64,000 nucleotides of DNA from a phage. The stretch lies in assembly GCA_023551395.1 (NCBI GenBank), contig GCA_023551395.1_3945.1. One strand, written 5' to 3'. The notes beneath the pieces were generated by a model. That model made no database searches, was not told the origin of the DNA, and saw only the letters and a list, made by a program, of their open reading frames with translations. Positions 61,389-64,000 of the stretch are shown in pieces. Position 1 is the first letter of the stretch. Each line of letters opens with the position of its first letter. The position numbers and the translations under genes are program-made.

Positions 61389-63755
61389 ATGCGCATGGTA
61401 AACGACCACGCAGAAGTGATTAAGAGTTCAACTTCTTTAGAGACGTCTCAAGCACAGATTACAATGACACCTGAAATGTTCAGCCTTTTGAGTTCCGGTG
61501 TATACACATTTAAAGAAAGGGCAGTGATTCGTGAACTGTCATGTAACGCAGTAGATGCTCAAAAAGAATCTGGAAAAGAGAACATCCCGTTCCATGTGCA
61601 TTTACCTACTCGATTTGAGCCTTACTTTGAAGTCCGTGACTTTGGAACTGGTTTAACCCATGACAAAGTAATGAGTTTGTATCTGAACTATGGGGCTTCT
61701 ACGAAGAATGACTCTAATGACTACATTGGTGCAATGGGTATCGGCTCAAAGTCACCGTTTGCGATTGCTCAGTCATTCACAGTGTCTAGTTATGTTGATG
61801 GTGTTGTTAATAAGTACTCTGTTTACCTTGAGAATGGTATTCCTCAAGTAACTAAGCTTACTACTAACCAAACAAATGAACCTAATGGTTTAGCTGTACG
61901 TGTGGCAGTTGCTGACCACCGTATTTCAAAGTTCTTTGAAGAGGCTGGTAATGTATACTCATACTTTGCTGTAAAACCAGAGAGTAATGTGGAGTATAAT
62001 GATATATTAGCAGATATGGATGTGATTGCTCGTGAAGAAGGTGTCTATGATGCCATGACTCATAAGCATAGCTGGCGTTCAAGCAGCAATAGAACAGAGT
62101 TTAACGTGGTTATGGGTAATATTGCCTACCCAGTTAATATGGAGGCATTACTTGGTGATGATTTCTTCAAAGTATTACCAGAATTTTTCCGCAGGAGCAT
62201 AGACCTTGTAAACATCTACATGCCTATTGGTTCAGTTGCTATTGCAGCTTCTCGTGAAGCATTGCAGATGAATGACACGACAAAAAATGTTATCATCGAG
62301 GCTACTAAAAAGATAACTGAAGCAATTACAAAGGATGTTATCAAGAAAGTTAATAGTCAACCTACACTCATGGATGCTGCACAGGCTTATGCTGAGTTAC
62401 GCTTGAACTCACGAGAGATGTTTAATGCTGTGTGTCCAAAGCTAGAGTGGGGAGGCGTTAAGCTTGATTCTCTGGAAGAAGAATTGTTAAACATTCGTCG
62501 TGGAATTATCTACGCAGAAGACGGCTCAGTCATTTATGAACGTGACGGTAAAGGCAATATTAAGGTTGATAGGAACGGGAACAATATCCCTAAAGTAGAT
62601 TATCTTTATGACCCAGTTGCTTATGTCAAGTTCAACTCTTTAGAGAGTAAGATTCGTGCAACAGCACTTTCCTACACTCAAGAGGCAAGCATGTTCAATA
62701 TCTTTGGTGCAATGCGTAAAAGCCAAATTGAACAGTTTTTGTTCGTGATTAATGACCGTCGCAATAAAAACGGTACTGAGAAGACTGTAGGACGCAATCA
62801 AATTTTGCGTGGTGCATGTCGAGACTACGCCAGTGAGTCAAATCTGTTTCACAGATACAATGGTATTGTCTTTGTATTCTCTACAGAGAAAGAGCTAGAT
62901 GACTTAATCAATCTGCACAAACTTGATAAAAGCTTGTTAAAGATTGTGAAAATGTCTGATAAGGAACACCATTACCAACGTAAAGAAGCTGTAAGAGGTG
63001 TTGTAAAACTCTGGAAAGCTGTTCCAGCAGAAGGTGTAGCCTCCTACAAAGAGGTGTCAGAGGACTTAGACACAATTGAAGAACCTCAGCTTTACATTAA
63101 GGCAATTGGTGACACAGTTGATGGTGAATGTTTTTGCTCATCTCCAGAAGATGTAGCTAAGTCAGTTGCTAATGTTACAGGTAAGACAGTCTATGTTTTC
63201 CGAAAAGCAAATTGGAAAAAGATACCAGAAGATTGGATTGAAGTAGATGAGAAACTCTTGAACGACAGCTTAACTGATGTTCACTGGATTAACCATAACA
63301 GATATATGACGCGTATCTATATGAATGGTGTCCTTGACCTTACAAGCAGTTGGATTATTGCCAGAAACTTTACGTTTAATAACAGGAAGATTTCTCGCGG
63401 GTATTGTTATTCAAGGGATACAAACAAAACTATCTTCCTAGAAGGAAATGAAGAGGCTGTAGAGGCAATGTTCGGTAAAATCCAATACGTTGCTGCACCA
63501 TTTGCATACACTTATACCATTAGTGTATTGAAAACTTTGAAAGACTGTCTTGACAACGATACAAAGCTTTACAAGAAAATTAAGAAAGCTGGTGACCGTA
63601 TGGTTATTAAGGTGACAAACTATCTTTCAAAAAGAAAACAAGAAAACTTCTTGCTTTCTCATTTGGATTGGAATAAAGTGTCACCCATCGAAGTGAGTAA
63701 GTTCTTAGGCTTTGATGTAAAATGTGTTCCAGAAGGGACTACAATTTACGATTAA
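61389..63755 (+). CDS. rIIA: rIIA-like protein with GHKL-type ATPase N-terminal domain
   Basis: 788 aa; N-terminus has GHKL-like boxes (ELSCNAVDA, RDFGTGL, GAMGIGSKS); size and next gene consistent with an rIIA/rIIB pair. Confidence 0.5.
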   Translation: MRMVNDHAEVIKSSTSLETSQAQITMTPEMFSLLSSGVYTFKERAVIRELSCNAVDAQKESGKENIPFHVHLPTRFEPYFEVRDFGTGLTHDKVMSLYLNYGASTKNDSNDYIGAMGIGSKSPFAIAQSFTVSSYVDGVVNKYSVYLENGIPQVTKLTTNQTNEPNGLAVRVAVADHRISKFFEEAGNVYSYFAVKPESNVEYNDILADMDVIAREEGVYDAMTHKHSWRSSSNRTEFNVVMGNIAYPVNMEALLGDDFFKVLPEFFRRSIDLVNIYMPIGSVAIAASREALQMNDTTKNVIIEATKKITEAITKDVIKKVNSQPTLMDAAQAYAELRLNSREMFNAVCPKLEWGGVKLDSLEEELLNIRRGIIYAEDGSVIYERDGKGNIKVDRNGNNIPKVDYLYDPVAYVKFNSLESKIRATALSYTQEASMFNIFGAMRKSQIEQFLFVINDRRNKNGTEKTVGRNQILRGACRDYASESNLFHRYNGIVFVFSTEKELDDLINLHKLDKSLLKIVKMSDKEHHYQRKEAVRGVVKLWKAVPAEGVASYKEVSEDLDTIEEPQLYIKAIGDTVDGECFCSSPEDVAKSVANVTGKTVYVFRKANWKKIPEDWIEVDEKLLNDSLTDVHWINHNRYMTRIYMNGVLDLTSSWIIARNFTFNNRKISRGYCYSRDTNKTIFLEGNEEAVEAMFGKIQYVAAPFAYTYTISVLKTLKDCLDNDTKLYKKIKKAGDRMVIKVTNYLSKRKQENFLLSHLDWNKVSPIEVSKFLGFDVKCVPEGTTIYD

Positions 63756-63760
63756 AGTGT

Positions 63761-63790
63761 TTGACAAGGGGCTTCAAAGCCCCTTAAAAT
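63761..63790 (+). promoter_or_regulatory. sigma70-like promoter whose spacer is a GC hairpin
   Basis: TTGACA at 63761-63766, 17-18-bp spacer containing GGGGCT/AGCCCC hairpin, then TAAAAT; upstream of 63836 gene. Confidence 0.4.
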
Positions 63791-63835
63791 GGCATCACAA
63801 AATGATTTATTAACTAACAAGAGAGAGTAATAAGA

Positions 63836-64000
63836 TGACTACTAAAACTAAAGCACAGATTGACGCAGAAATTTACAAACTGGTTAAAGAGGGCAAGCTG
63901 ACTAAAACCGCTATTGCACAGAAATTTAACACCTCAACCCGTTCAGTCGGTCGTGCTGTAGAGCGTCATGAAGCAACCTTAAAAGGGAATAAGAAGGTGA
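63836..64000 (+). CDS. rIIB-like protein, N-terminal fragment (runs off window)
   Basis: ORF opening MTTKTKAQIDAEIYKL with HTH-like TAIAQKFNTSTRSVGRAVE, following rIIA-like gene; partial. Confidence 0.35.

Overview
This window reads as part of a virulent, AT-rich, contractile-tailed phage genome with three modules. (1) 1-4900: an array of about 24 tRNA genes on the + strand, most with encoded CCA, interrupted by three small protein genes and closed by tandem terminators. (2) 5000-28800: a structural/morphogenesis block on the + strand: terminase large subunit, portal, prohead protease/scaffold, major capsid protein, sheath, tube, tape measure, a P2-like baseplate run, and two tail fibres sharing a His-rich C-terminal domain. 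(3) 28800-64000: nucleotide-metabolism and replication genes. The minus-strand part has thymidylate synthase, DHFR, an ATP-dependent DNA ligase and a family A DNA polymerase. The plus-strand part has a dNMP kinase, primase-helicase, putative SSB and flap nuclease, aerobic (NrdAB plus NrdH) and anaerobic (NrdDG) ribonucleotide reductases, an HNH endonuclease, a PRPP-synthetase-family gene next to a NAMPT-family gene, and rIIA/rIIB-like genes. From memory, the tRNA array combined with Prs/NAMPT and rIIA/B resembles Felix O1-like myoviruses; this is not verified. The most interesting signals are the Prs-like + NAMPT-like pair (a candidate NAD+ reconstitution anti-defence module), a pair of ~280-bp intergenic repeats flanking a two-gene cassette, and several atypical tRNAs. 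All calls rest on manual reading of motifs and gene order; no database search or tRNA-finding program was run. tRNA ends are approximate to about 3 nt, and several CDS starts were moved from the ORF-track TTG/GTG start to an internal ATG with a visible ribosome-binding site.
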